From contig MU061538.1 of the NCBI GenBank assembly GCA_013265495.1, forward strand, positions 1,056,001 to 1,120,000: a DNA stretch of 64,000 nt. Reading direction: 5' to 3'. This document shows, one piece after another, positions 12,400 through 25,445 of this stretch (the stretch's first letter is position 1; each line of letters starts with the position of its first letter). Origin of the DNA: Vicugna vicugna (Eukaryota). The notes below the pieces were generated by a model that was given only the letters and a program-made list of their open reading frames with translations, had not been told where the DNA came from and did not search any database. The position numbers were made by a program, and so were the translations under genes.

Positions 12400-13760
12400 A
12401 GGGTTTCGCATGTTTGGCAGTCCCCAAAACAAAGTCCGGTGGAGGGTCTCAGAAGGGTCACGGAATCGCCCCAGAACAGCGCTGCGCTTGGATCTGGCAA
12501 GGGCCTCACACTCGGGGCCATGGACGTTTCCAGGTGGGGAAGCCCAAGACCTTATCAGACCCAGAGAAGCCAGGTTTCCGCCCAAAGCGCGTCCTGAAAG
12601 GACGAGTTTCCGACCTTTTACGTACTTTGGCGGAGTGACAGTCTCCGCGGGAGGCCGCCTGCTGGACTCTGCCCAAGTGCCCCGCAGACCGGGCAGGTGC
12701 CGGGTGAGGGGCACTGACCGCAGCTGCCTTAAAAGGCGGACTCCTGTTCATCAGGTGGCCCGGCCCGCCCACCTCCATATTTCACCCCCACGGGCGCGAG
12801 AACGCGCCGGGCGACCCGACCGCACACGCCAGCTCGTCCCAGTGCTCCGGGCCGGAATCCCGCAGCCTCACGCCGTCTCAGGCCCCTGGGGGCGTGGCCC
12901 TAAGCCCCGCCCCTGGGCCAGCCGACTCCGCCCCCAGGCCCCGCCCCCGCCCGGCCCCTCGGGCACCGCGGCGCGCTCCTCTGACGCGCGGCGCCTTCCT
13001 CTGACGTCAAGCCCGGCCCCGGCCCCGCCCCGAGCGGCGCCCGCCCTCCGCAGCCCGAGCGGCTTCTCCTGAGGCGACGGCTGAGGTAGCGGCTGGGGTT
13101 GTGGTCGCGGCCCTGCAGCTGCCGGCCGTCCGCCCGCTGCCGTGTGGGCCGGCGGGCGATGGTGCGGCGGAGCGCGCGGACGCGGGCGGCGCGGCGGCGG
13201 GCATGAAGGAGGATGGAAGGGCAGGACGAGGTGTCGGCGCGGGAGCAGCACTTCCACAGCCAAGTGCGGGAGTCCACGGTGAGCGCCCCGCGCCCGGCCG
13301 CCCGGCCCCGCGGTCCCCGCCCCTCCCGCCGCCTCCCGCCGCCTCCCGCCCTGCACCCACCTGCCGTCCGTCCTGGGCGCGCGCGCCGTTCGGGCGGCCA
13401 CCTGTCCCCCGCCCCCGGGAGCGCTTCGGGGCCGCCCGCGCCCTCGTCATCCCGAGCTCTTCCCCGACGCGGCCGGCGGCCCCGGCAGGCAGCCGGGTGT
13501 GCGAGCAGGTGTCGGCGGTCCCCGGGAGGTCCGGGCGGGCGCCGGGGGAGGGCGGGGCTCGGTCCCCCGCGCCGCGGGGAGGCGGGCACCCGCAGCGCGG
13601 CCGCTCGCGTCGTCCGAGTCGGCGCGCGCCTTTCCGCGCCTCGCCCGCCGCCCGCCGCCCGCTCGTGCTGGGTTGGAAACCCTCCGTGTTGGCCGTGAAG
13701 ACCGGCGGCCGACGGGACTGAGGGCCTGAGCCAAGCCCTTTGTGCTCTGGAGCAACTTCT
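12400..13760 (+). promoter_or_regulatory. LMBR1: CpG island / TATA-less promoter of LMBR1
   Basis: Very high GC and CpG density around exon 1. Several Sp/KLF GC boxes (CCCCGCCC, CTCCGCCC at ~12905-12955 and ~13020-13030), a full CRE TGACGTCA at 13002-13009 and a half CRE TGACG at 12982-12986. No TATA box seen. Confidence 0.9.
13213..13278 (+). CDS. LMBR1: LMBR1 (limb development membrane protein 1) coding exon 1
   Basis: ATG at 13213 in GAGGATGG context. Encodes MEGQDEVSAREQHFHSQVREST, the recognisable LMBR1 N-terminus. 66 nt, donor ACG|GTGAGC at 13279, inside the CpG island. Confidence 0.97.
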
Positions 13761-14124
13761 GCAGGAAGTCATCCTTTCTCGGTCCCCGTTTGTTCTGTGA
13801 TGCTGGCAGGGGTCAGGAAGCAGGCTTGGCCTTGGAAATCTTCGATGTTTTTACCTCTTCATGGTGCACGAGAACACGTTATGGTTGCTTTTTCATGACA
13901 GTATAATAAAATATCTAAACTTTATGTATTTGGATTTACACCCCTCCCCTTCTAACTTCTCTCGAATTCAGTTTTGGTTTTAGGTGAAAAAAATTCTGAT
14001 GGAGAATTGCCTAGTTTGTGTAGTTATTGATCTTGAAAATTGAGAATCACTTTGCCAAGTCACACCTTGGAATAAAGAGATATAAAGTCTGAACTGGTGG
14101 AATTTGATACAGCATATTTAGTTT

Positions 14125-15500
14125 CATTTTTTAAATTTTTATTTTATTTTATTTTTTTAGCTTAAGTACAGTCAGTTACAGTGTGTCAGTTTCTGGTTTA
14201 CAGCACAGTGTCCCAGTCATGCATATACATGCATATATTTTTTTCATATTCTTTTTCATTAAAGGTTATCACAAGATATTGAATCTAGTTTCTTGTGTTA
14301 TTTTAATTGAAGCAAAAATAAACAGAAGCATCTAGTCGTACGTGTATAGCTTGAAGCACATGAGACTAAGCACACCTGTGTAATCCTGAACACAGATGGA
14401 GAGACACGGTATTACAAGCATCCCAGAGGCCCATCCCTCTTCCCTGTTCAGTTACTCTCCACTCCACCAACAGTGATCACTGTCCTGGCTTTAATAGATT
14501 AGCTTAGTTTTGAACGTTAGTGTAAATGGGACCTTGCAGGGTGCACTCTTCTGTGCCTGGTTTCTTTCACTTAATGCTTCTGAGATCCCCCCGTGTTGTA
14601 GGTGATTGTAATTCACTCTTGGTGCTGCAATTGTGACTGTAGCACAGCTTATTTTTAGTTTACTGTTGGCAGGCTCTTTAGTAGTTTTCAGGTTTTAGCT
14701 ACAAGTATTCTGCGTGTCTTTTGGTGAACATATGTATGCACTTCTGTTAGGTCTGTACCTTGGAATGGGACCTCTAGGGTATAGGTTGTGCGTTCATCTT
14801 TAGTAGATACTTTTAAACAGTTTGCCAAAGTGTGTGGTACCAATTTCCACTCCCACCAGCACTGTAGGAGAGGTGTGATTTGCTTCCCATCTGTACAACA
14901 CTTAGTATTTTTTTTAAATTTTAGCCATTCTAGTAAGTGTGCCATGGTATTTATTGCACAAGAGATTTTATTTGCATTTCCCTTTTCATATGTTTATTGG
15001 ACATTTGGAAATCTTTTGTGAAGCATCTTCAAGTCTTTTTCCCGTTTCTAAACTTGTTTATCTTTTTAATACTGATTTGTAAAAGTTCTTTATGTTTTCT
15101 GGATATGATACCTTGGTCATGTATATATGTATATATATTAAAATTTTTTTTCATTTTGTAGATGTCTTTTCCCTTAATGCTATCTTCTAATGAGTGGAAA
15201 CTTTAAATTTTAATATAGTTCACTTTATCAGAATTTTTTTATTATCAGTATTTTCTATGTTCCGTTTAAGAGATCTTTTCTTATTCCAAGGTTATGAAGA
15301 TGTTCTTTTGTGCTTTTCTCTAAATTCTTTGTTGACTTACTCTTCCCATTTAAACCTGAAGTTCGTCTGGAATTTATTTTTTGTGTATGTTGTGAAGTAG
15401 GAGTCATATGTATTTTTTGCACATGGATGTCCAGTCACTTCAGCACCATTTAGGACCTTAGTCACAAATTAGGTAACGATATATTTATGGGGTTTACTTT
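14125..15500 (-). mobile_element. Young L1 3' end (14125-14300) followed by an old L1M 3' region
   Basis: Poly-T plus cttaagtacagtcagttacagtgtgtc, then a degenerate antisense L1 3'UTR/ORF2 end (cactcccaccagcactgt, ttttagccattctag). Confidence 0.7.
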
Positions 15501-15899
15501 CAGGCTCTATGCTGTTCCATTGGTCTATTTATTTTTGGCTTTATTTTAAATTAATCGTATATTCTGTCATTTGGGTTGAGAAAGGAACCCATGTTATAGT
15601 AGCCAGGAGCTTTATTACTTTTGTTTACTACTCAAGAAACAACCCAGTTTTATCACTGATTTTAGAATTCCTTAGTTCTGCTCCTCCTCACCCCCACTTC
15701 TCCTGGACCAGTGCCTCTGGTGGTGGGTATACTCCACCCTCTGCCTAACCAGTGCAGGCAGTGACCAAGCTTAGTGAGTTTCCAGTCTCTGGCATTCCTT
15801 CCTCAAATTATCCATACTTACAGTTAATATACATGCTTGGTTTTTCTCTAGGACTCGCTGCCAATTCTTTTAATTATTCAACTCTTATTTGGTTTTGCC

Positions 15900-17060
15900 A
15901 AAAAGATAAAATATACATAACATACAATTTACCATTTTTAAGTGTGCAGTTCGGTGGCATTAAGTACATTCACACGGTTTTGTAACCGTCACTACTCTCC
16001 ATCTCCAGAGCCGACTTATCATCCCAGACTGAAATTGTCCCCTTTGATCAGTAACTCCCCGTTCCTCTCCTTCCAGCTCCTGGTAATCACCATTCTACTT
16101 TCTGTCTCTCTGAATTTTACTGTTCCAGGTATCTCATGTAAGTGGAGTCAAAAAATATTTGTCCTTTTGTGTCTGGCTTATTTCACTTAGCATAATGTTT
16201 TCAAGTTTCATCCATGTTGAAGCATGTGTCAGACTTTCCTTCCTTTTTAAGATTGGATAATATTCCATTGTGTGTGCATATCACATTTTGCTTATCCATT
16301 CATCTGTCAGGGCGCATTTAGGTTGTTTCCTGACTACTGTGAATAGTGCTGCTTTGAACATGGGTATATGAGTGTTTATTTCAGACCTTGCTTTCAATTC
16401 TTTTAGATAGATATCCAGAATTGGAATTGCTGGATCACATGGTAATCCTATGTTTAATTTTTTGAGGCGTCACCATACTGTTTTCCACAGTGGCTGGACC
16501 ATTTTATATTCCCAACAGTCATGTGCTAGGGTTTCAGTTTCTCCATATCCTCTCCAACACGTCGTTTTCTGTTTTTTAAAAATAATAGTTGTCCTTTTGG
16601 GTGTGCAGTGGTATCTCGTTGTGGTTTTGATTTGTGTTTCCCTGATGATTAGTGATGTTGAGCATTGTTTCATGTGCTTTTAGACATTTGTATATTTTCT
16701 TTGGAGAAACGTCTTAGTCTTTTGCCCATTTTTCAATTGAGTTGTTTCGTTCATTACGTATTCTGGATATTAATCCCTTTGTGATTTGAAAATATTTTTT
16801 TTCCATTCTGTGAGTTGCCTTTTTACTTTATTTATAGTGTCCTTTGGTGCACTAAAATTTTAAATTTGGTTGAAGCCCACCAATTTATTGATTTTTTTTG
16901 GTCACTGTTGCCTGTGTTTTTGGTGTTTTGGCAAGAAATTGTCACCAAATCCAATGTTATGAAGATTTTCCCTTATGTTTTCTTCTAAGAGTTGTATAGT
17001 TAAAACTTCCATTTATGAGATCTTTGACGAATTTTGAGTTAATTTTTGTATATGGTATAG
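15900..17060 (-). mobile_element. L1MA/MB-type 3' region
   Basis: ORF 16470..16673(-) CSTSLIIRETQIKTTTRYHCTP...CWRGYGETETLAHDCWEYKMVQPLWKTVW matches the L1 ORF2 C-terminal Cys-rich domain. Confidence 0.9.
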
Positions 17061-18369
17061 TGTTTAACTTTCAAATGCTCGTGTGATAATCTTACTTTGT
17101 CTTTAATATTATGAATACCTCAGTTCTCTGGTCAGTTACTATAATAATCACATTTAGCTACTACTAACAGGTGGTAATGATTCATTTCCTTTCTTCCTTT
17201 CGTGGTCTTGTTTTCCTTTTCCTTTTGGACTTCACGTGCACAGAATTGGATTGATTTTAATCCGTGGTTCATACACAGACTTTTCATTGGTTTGTCTGTC
17301 ACCTGCTTTTGATTAACCTGTTTTTAAATAATATGCACCCGTAAATCATCACACAGGCTTTTAAAACGTTGACTCTACCTTACTAATCCCCATCAGGAGA
17401 ACTGAAACACTGACAGTAATTGATATGTACCTGTTCTTTATGCTGCCATAGTTGCACAGCAATACTCGTCTTTCAATACATCTGTTCTTTGGATGCAGTT
17501 ATTTACATGATACCTTCGAAAGAGTTTTCTTGCATTGGTGCCACTTTCACAAACATAGTTATTACTTTAAAATGATCACCGATTGATATATGTGTGTACT
17601 AAAAAATCTCCATAATCCCTTCACTGAGTTAATAATACAAAACATTTATTGAATATTTACCAGGTTATGTTATTTGAGTCTCACAGCAACCTGTGAAGTA
17701 GGTATTTCGCAGTACCTGGCAGAGGTGGTATAGTGTGTGATAGAGCCAAAATTTGAATCTAGGCAAGCTCATTCCATAGCCTGAACTGTATTTACAGTCC
17801 TACAGGGTTTAAACCTCCGCCGTGACAGGGTTCAGTGGGATCCAGCTGGGTCAGTTACACAAAATGCAGGGATTGGCTTCTTGTAAGGCTGATGAAGGGA
17901 CCTAGGAGAGCCTATGAAGCTAGCTGGCGGGGAGCTTTGGGGTCTGGCTGCACGATCTAAATTCTTCCTTATCCTAACTGTAGACAAAGCTCCCTTACTT
18001 GGCTGTAATATTTTGGGGGACAGCTGTAGGGCTGACTGGGACTTTTACAGCACTAGAGGTTTTAGGACCCTGCCATTTATTTGGCTCCCTTTTGGCTAAA
18101 CAAGAGTGAGGAAGAAGTGCGGATGCCAAGAATCATCCCCCACCTGCTGCTTCCCTGGAGAGTTTACCTGCCTTTCCCTTCAGGGTCTTGCCCTCACCTC
18201 TGTGGCTTACTCCTCCTGTTGGAGATGAAAACTTTAGCCCTTTTTTCTTGAGAGTAGGGGTTGGGCAGAAGATGGAGCAGATCACCAATCTGGTACCTAA
18301 ATTTGGAATGCAATTGTCTGGGGGGCCACAGTCTTTTCTGACCTTTGTCATTGTTCTTCAGCCAAAGAC

Positions 18370-18950
18370 CACTGGGAACACCCGTAGTTGGACAAGTCAG
18401 GTTTACTGCATGTTACTGCATGTTGCAGTGAGGGGTAAATGCATACCATGGGGAGCTGTGGGGCATTTCCATAAGAGAGTATTAGAACAGAACCTGGTAA
18501 AATAGGATTTGGGCTTGTGTGAGGTGATTTGGGAGGAGTTTATGGAAGTGTGGCTTTGATCTGTATTGGATGCTGTTAGGAAGCAGAGATTATTCTGTGA
18601 TTGGATATCTTCATAAATCTTACCTAGAAAGAAAAAAGATTGGAGGGAGGCAAAAGCTGTAATTGGTAGAGATGCAAGTCATTCATGTTAGCCAGAGTGG
18701 GGAAATGTTTGGTCGTTTTTATGATTCAGACAGTGTTCATGTTTTTTGTCTTTGTTCAGGCATGATTACAGAGTTGTCTTATTTATCCTTTACCGTTATA
18801 GTCACAGAATGGCCTTCTCAGATGTTAACGTTCTCTGAAGTGTTTTATTTTCATCGGGGGAATCACCGAGGCCTAGCTGTGAGTTGCTAGCCGCTGTAAA
18901 CAACACCAAGGCCAGCTCCCAGATGGCGGGGGCGGCTTTTCCCTTTCTCA
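18370..18950 (-). mobile_element. ERV LTR relic (MER-type)
   Basis: Ends ...cttttccctttctca (TGAGAAAG start on the minus strand) and has LTR-like composition. Family not determined. Confidence 0.45.
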
Positions 18951-19114
18951 TTGTGTTTGTAATATCTTAAGAGTGGATGGTGTAGTAGATACAAATCCAA
19001 TAGCCAACAGGTATTGAGGTGATTTTATAGTATAGGTGAGCAACGAGGAATGGGATAGAAGTATAGAGGATTCCTTGTGTTTGATTTTGCTAAACTGGGT
19101 TAAATCAATGTCCC

Positions 19115-19563
19115 CTGGTAGGCGGTACAGTGGCCCATAAAGATGTCCACCTGGTAATCCCTGGAGCCTATGAAAATGTTCTCTTAGATGGCAGAAGGTA
19201 CTTCACAGATGTGATTATGTTAAGGAGAGGATTATCCTGGATTATCTTGGTGAGTGCAGTCTAATCACAAGGGTCCTTATAAGAAGGAGAGGGGACGGGT
19301 AGAGTCAGAGATGTGAGGACAACCAGAGGTTGAAGTGATGCTCTCTGAAGATGGTGGAAGGGCCACAAGCCAAGAAATGTGGTGGCCTCCAAAGTCTGGA
19401 AACGTCAAGGAAATGGGTTTTCCCACAGAGTCTCCAGGAGTAACTAGCCCTGCTGACACCAGTGCTTTTAGGCCAGTGAAACCCATGTTGAGTACTGTGA
19501 GGTAATAAATTAGTGTTAAGTCACTTAGTTTGTGGTGAGTGATTACAGCAGTTTGGCCTACAC
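19115..19563 (+). mobile_element. MaLR solo LTR (MLT1D-like)
   Basis: tggtaggc...aaagatgtccac...cacagatgtgattatgttaagga...gccacaagccaagaaatg...ccctgctgacacc...taagtcacttagtttgtggt. Confidence 0.8.
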
Positions 19564-19688
19564 ATTTCTCCTTGTGAGTAATCCTCACCTCTCTAGTTCT
19601 GTAGAACTCCCACCTCTCTTGAGGTTCAAGGAGACTGAGGCATGCCTCATTACACTTGAGATGTTCTTTTTCCCTATTCTTTCCTTTT

Positions 19689-19870
19689 TATTTTATTTTT
19701 TTAAAGATTTAAAAAATATTTTATTTATTATTATATTATTAATTTTTTTTTATTTGGGGGAGAGACGATAATTAGGTTTACTTATTTTTAGAGGATGTAC
19801 TGGGGCTCGAACCCAGAACCTTGTGTATGCTAAGCATGTGCTCTACCACTTGAGCTACACCCTCCTCCCT
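19689..19870 (-). mobile_element. tRNA-derived SINE (camelid Vic-1 type)
   Basis: Reverse copy. TSD CTATTCTTTCCTTTT at 19674 and 19871. Confidence 0.85.
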
Positions 19871-21479
19871 CTATTCTTTCCTTTTTAAATGACAGCTGAA
19901 AGCATATTTCCTGAGAGATGTAGGCATCCAAAGAATGTCATATCCTTTCAGTGTGATTGTTAGTGCTAGTCTTCCTTTTGTGTCCAGGCCAAAATTATGC
20001 AGTGAGATAGAGCATGAAATCTCTGAGAGCCATGTGCTTTTGTTGTGTTCTCCACAGTGTCTGTAGTAGGTTTTGTTTGTATTCACTCATGATGATGTTA
20101 GTGCTTTGAAGATTATATCTAAATGTAACAGTACAAGTCAATTTCCTGAAAACCTTGCTAGTAAGAGAATTCAGGGAACTAAAGACATTATAGGAAAAAA
20201 CAGACATGAGGGAATAAAGTTCAGAATTTATTTTTAGAAGTCCTTATAAATGTTTTAACACTGAAAACAGTTCAGAAAGGACACCAAATAAAGACAAAAA
20301 AATTCTAATTTTACACTGTTACTGTCTATCATCCTTTGTGTGTTAGAATCTTTTCAGGATCCCCTTCCCTAGAATTTCAGTGGAATTCTTGTAAATGCAT
20401 TTTTGATTGTTTTGAATAATATATATCATGAGAAGTATTTCTCTATGTCTGTTCCTCCATTCAGACGTTTAGTACCTTTCTGATTTTTTGACTTGGAGTT
20501 TTTAACTTCTAAGATCCAACTCTTGTCATTCTTCTGGCACTGAAGAATTTCTGTGCTAGAGGTGGGGGAAGCTGTGGGTGACCTCTCCCAGTCACAGGAT
20601 GTAGAACCCTGGCTCTGCCCTCGGTGACTCCTTGTTAAAGCACTTTTTATCTTTTAAGTACCTGTCTTCCTACTGGCCTCACAGACTGGTGATGAGGGGC
20701 CTTCCAAGACTTAGATCTCCCTTCCAAGGTGTCACTGTAAAAATCATTCCTCTCTGTCATCCCACTTTACCTGCCTTTCCACTGCTGACCCATATCCACC
20801 AGGAGTGACTTGAAGTTTGAGGATACCATAATTTCTTGGCTCTTAAAAAGCCTTGTAGCACTAAATTTGGATAAACTTGAAATTGCCTGAGGGGAACCTG
20901 AAGTTGCAGAGGGAATACAATATAATTTTTGTGTGTGTGTGTGGCTGTGTCAGGACTCATGATAAAAGTCATAGTGCTTCAGTTGTGTAGGCCATAGACT
21001 CTCTAGATAGGAACTTTTAAAGTTATTCTGATATTTAATTAATAACAATTTTTACATGGGTATCTTCTCTGGGGCTTGGGATTCAGGAACATTCCACATA
21101 TCTCTTAAAGTACAGTTTTTGACCTTAGAAAGTCATTCATGTAACATTATTTTAGCTCTTCTCAAATTTACTGTCTGTCTTTCGTGGAGCACCACAACTA
21201 AGCGAGAAATTTGACAAAGAGCTGGGCATCTGGCGCTGCAAACGCGTCTGCTTCACCAGCGTGCTAATTCTCGAGATTGCGGTTTTATGGAGTTGATCTG
21301 AGTTACTTGATGTTGTATATTTTAACATTAGATGTATTATTGAGGCCTATGAATGTTGTTATCCCTCGTCTAATACTCTTCCAGAGCCCCCAGTTGTACC
21401 CTTACTCTCTTGTCAGGAGCCTGTGTCCTCCCTGCTGAACACGGGGCAGCTTCGTTGGCTCTGGACTGCGGCAGGGTGG

Positions 21480-21640
21480 GTTTCAGCCTTATCTTTGCTG
21501 CTTACTAGCGTGTGGTATGGGTGAGTTGCTTAATCTCTTGGAACCTTACTTTTCTTATCTATAAAAATGAGAGTTTTCCCCAAAGTTGTGAGGATTAAAT
21601 GAGACAGTATTAGAATGGTGCTTGGTGCAGTGTGTGACAC
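21480..21640. mobile_element. MIR relic
   Basis: MIR core ttgcttaatctcttggaaccttacttttcttatctataaaaatgag...gttgtgaggattaaatgaga. Confidence 0.65.
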
Positions 21641-22019
21641 TTGATCATGTGGAATGTGTTGTTTCTGTGGACTTTGATTAGCTTGATCAAGGATAGATGA
21701 TTTTTGAACTAGTTGCTAGTTTCAAAGTTCTAGTTACCAAGAGCACTTGATGTAGCTTTGTTTGCTTGAGGGATGTCTAGATGTTAAAAAGAGCAAGGTG
21801 ATAGGAACTTTTTTCTTCATATTCATATTCTGTACTTGCTCTCCAGAAAGTTCCATGCAGTGGTTTTCTAGTTTGTTCCATTGCTGGCTATATAATTTTT
21901 GGGGCCCAGTGCAAAATGAAAATATGGGTTATTTGTTCAAAAAACAGGAAAGAATTGCCATTAAAGGTACTAGAATATAAAGCTTTTTTCTTTATTCTAT
22001 GGATTTTTTCCCCCAGATC

Positions 22020-25000
22020 TTTCAAAAGGAATCGTAGAAATCAAGTAACCTATAATAGAAATGAAGAATGAACTGTAGGACAATTACAAAAGATGTCACA
22101 TACATGTATTGGGAATACCAGAAAGAGAAGAAAGACGCAAAGGAACAGGAGAAATATTTGAAGCAATAAGACTAAGAATTTTCCAAAAATTAATAGACAC
22201 CAAAGTACAGATTCAACAAGCTCAGAGACCACCAATCATGGGATTAAAAGAAAAAGCCTCAAAAAACTCCATCTAGGCATGTCATATTCAAAATACAGGA
22301 AATTAAGAAGAAAGAGAACAGAGGAAAAAAGTCAGAGGAATAAAACACCTTACAAATAGAAGCTCAAGAGTAAGAATTAGATCAGATTTCTCTTCAGAAA
22401 CCACACAAGCAAGAAGAGAGGAGGAGTGAAATATTTAAAGTGTTAATAGAAAAAACCAAATCCACCAACCCAGAATTCTATATCCAGCAAAATTATTCTT
22501 TAAAAATAAATAAATTCTTAAAAAATAAAAATAAAAAAAAAATAAAAGACAAACAAAAATTGAGGAAAATTGTTGCTAGTAGACCTGCTTGACAAGAAAT
22601 TTTAAAAGAAGTTCTTAAGAGAGAAGGAAAATTTTTTAGGTGAGAAACCCAGATTTACGTAAAGAAAGAAAGAGTATTAGAGACAGATAAATGAGGGTTA
22701 AATAAAAGCTTTTATTCTTGATCTAACAGATGATAGCTTATTGGAAGTAACAGCACCCCTTACGCAGTGGTTAGCTTAAGTGAAATGAATGACAGTGGTG
22801 TTACAAGGCATAGGAGGGAGGAATTGGGAAAGCTTTGTTGTCAGGTACCTGCACTACCCATGAAGCAGTATTATGTTCGATAATGGACTTGGATTAGTGT
22901 AAATGTGGATTATAAGCTCTAGGGCAATCACTACAAATATTTAAAAAGAAGTATAATTGACATGCTAAGAGATGAGAGAAAAGAGAGTTGTATAAAATGC
23001 TCAGTTAAAGCCAGAGAAGGCAGAAAAAGACTGAAAGACAAAAAACAATAAGGGCAGTGAATAGAAAATAATTAAAACTATGATAAATATTAAAACAATA
23101 TCAGTGATCACTTTAAATTTGAATGATCTAAATAAATCAATTAAAGGACAGAGACTGTCAGAGTAGATTAAAAAACCCCCACTGTACGTTGTCTGTGAGA
23201 AGTTTAGTTGAAAGACACAGATAGATTAAAAGTAAAAGAGCACAGAAAAGATACTCCGTGCTAACACTAATCAAGAGAGAACTGGAATAGCTGTGTTAAC
23301 TTCAGGCACGGTGGACTTCAGAGCATGGAAGATTGTCAGGGATAAAAGGAGCAATACATAAAGATAAAGGGTCAGCTGTCCAAGAAGACATAGCAGTCCT
23401 CAGTGTGTATGCATCTAACAGCAGAGCAGCAAAATACATGAGGCAAAAACTGATTAAACTGTCAGACTAAGTGGATGAATCCACTAATATAGCTGGAGAC
23501 CGCAACACACCCTTTATCGGCAATCGACAGATCCAGCAGGCAGAAAGTTAGTAAGGGTGTGTAGTTGCACTGAGTAACACCATCAGTCCCCTGGATCTAA
23601 TTCACATTTACAGGCTCTTTCATCCAACAACAGCACAGTGTACATTCTTTTCCACCTCGCATGGAACATTCACCAAGATGGACTATGTTCTGGGCCATGA
23701 AACACACCTTAACAAACTTAAAAGAATAGAAATCACCCAATGTCTACTCAGATCACAGTCGAGTTAAACTACAAATTAATAACAGCAGTATAGCTGGGAA
23801 GCTCCAAAGTACGTGGAGATTAAACAGTACACTTCTGAATAACAAATGGGTCAGAGAAAAAGTCTCAAGAGAAATTTTAAAGTATTTTTAGTTAAATGAA
23901 AATGAAAATACAGTTTATCAAAATTTGGTGGGATGCTGCAAAAGCAGTACTTAGAGAGAAATTTGTAGCACTGAATGGATACATTAGGAGAGAAGAAAGT
24001 TCTGTAATCAATAGTCTAAGCCTCTACATAAACTAAACTAAAGAAAGAAGGGCAAAGTAATTCCAAAGTAAGTAAAAGAGAAGAAATAATGAGAAATAGA
24101 GCAAAAATCAGTGAAACTGAAAACAGGAAATAAATTTTTAAAATCCACAAAATCAAAAGTTTGTCCTTTGAAAATATCAGAATGACGAACCTCTGGCTAG
24201 ACTAAGAAAAATAGAGGGAAAAAACAAATTACTAAATTGGAAATGAAAGAGAGGTCATTACTACTGCTTCTGTGGGCATTAAAAAGATGTAAAGGAATAT
24301 AATGAACAACTCTATGCCTACATATTTGAAAACTCAGTTGAAATGGACAAATTCCTTCAAGGATAACAATTTACCAAAACTCACACAAGGAGAAACAGAT
24401 GATTTGAGTAGGTCTATATCTATTAAAGAAATTGAACCAGAAGTTAACCTTCCAAAAATCAGTGCCAGGTTGGCAAATTCTACCAAACATTTACAGAAGA
24501 AGTGATATCAATTCTCTGCAATCTCTTACAGAAAATAGAAGCAGAGGGAATACTTCCTACCTCATTCTACAAGGCCAGCATTACTCTAATACTAAAATCA
24601 GACAAAGACAGTGCAATAAAGGAAACTACAAACTGATATTTCTCATGAGCGCAGATGCACAACTCTACAAGAAAATATTAGCAAACTGAATCCAGCAGTG
24701 TATAAAAAGAATTGTAGAAAAATCACTTAATGTGATCTGTCGTATCAACAGACTAAAGAAGAAACATCCTATGATCCTACCAGTAGATGCAGACAAAGCA
24801 GTTGACAGAATTCAGCACTGATTCATGATAAAAACGCGCCGTAAACTAGAAGTAGAGGGGAACTTCCTCAACTTGGTAAAGAACATCCACAGAATATCTA
24901 TAGGTAACATCACGCTTAACGTTGAGAAGCTGGAAGCTTTCCCGCTAAGATCAGGGACAAGGCAAGGATGTTCCCTCTCACCACTGCTTTTCAGCATTAC

Positions 25001-25445
25001 TGGAAGTCCTAGCTAATGCAATAAGAAGAGAAAAGGAGATAATAGATACATAGATTGGGAATAAAGAAATAAAACTTTCTGTTTTCAGATGACATGATCA
25101 TCTATGTAGAAAATCCCAGTCAGTAACAACAAAAAACTGCTGGGGCTAATTAGAGGTTATAGCAAGGTTTCGGGATACAGAGTTAGTAAACAGCAGTGTT
25201 AATTGCTCTCCTGTGTACTAGCAATGAAAAAGTGGAACTTGAAATTAAAAGCACAGTACCATTTCCATTAGCAGCCTCCTGCCCTGCCGCAAGTGTTCTT
25301 CGATGTAAAGCTAACAAAATACGTTCCAGATCTGTATGAGGAAAAGTACACACTCTGATGGAAAAAATCAAAGAAGATCTAAATTAATGGGGAAATCTTT
25401 TATGTTCATGGAAGAAAGACTCATTATGAGTAAGATGTCAGTACT
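22020..25445 (+). mobile_element. Degenerate L1 (ORF1 end, spacer, ORF2 EN-RT), sense to LMBR1 in intron 1
   Basis: A-rich strand. Fragments LPKLTQGETDDLSRSISIKEIE and NITLNVEKLEAFPLRSGTRQGCSLSPLLFSI. Many stops and frameshifts. Confidence 0.9.

Noticed and set aside
12340..13772. Many long overlapping ORFs (up to 290 aa) on both strands
   Set aside because: Stop-poor CpG island giving Arg/Pro/Gly/Ala-rich translations. Only the first 22 codons of 13213..13698 are LMBR1, ending at the splice donor.
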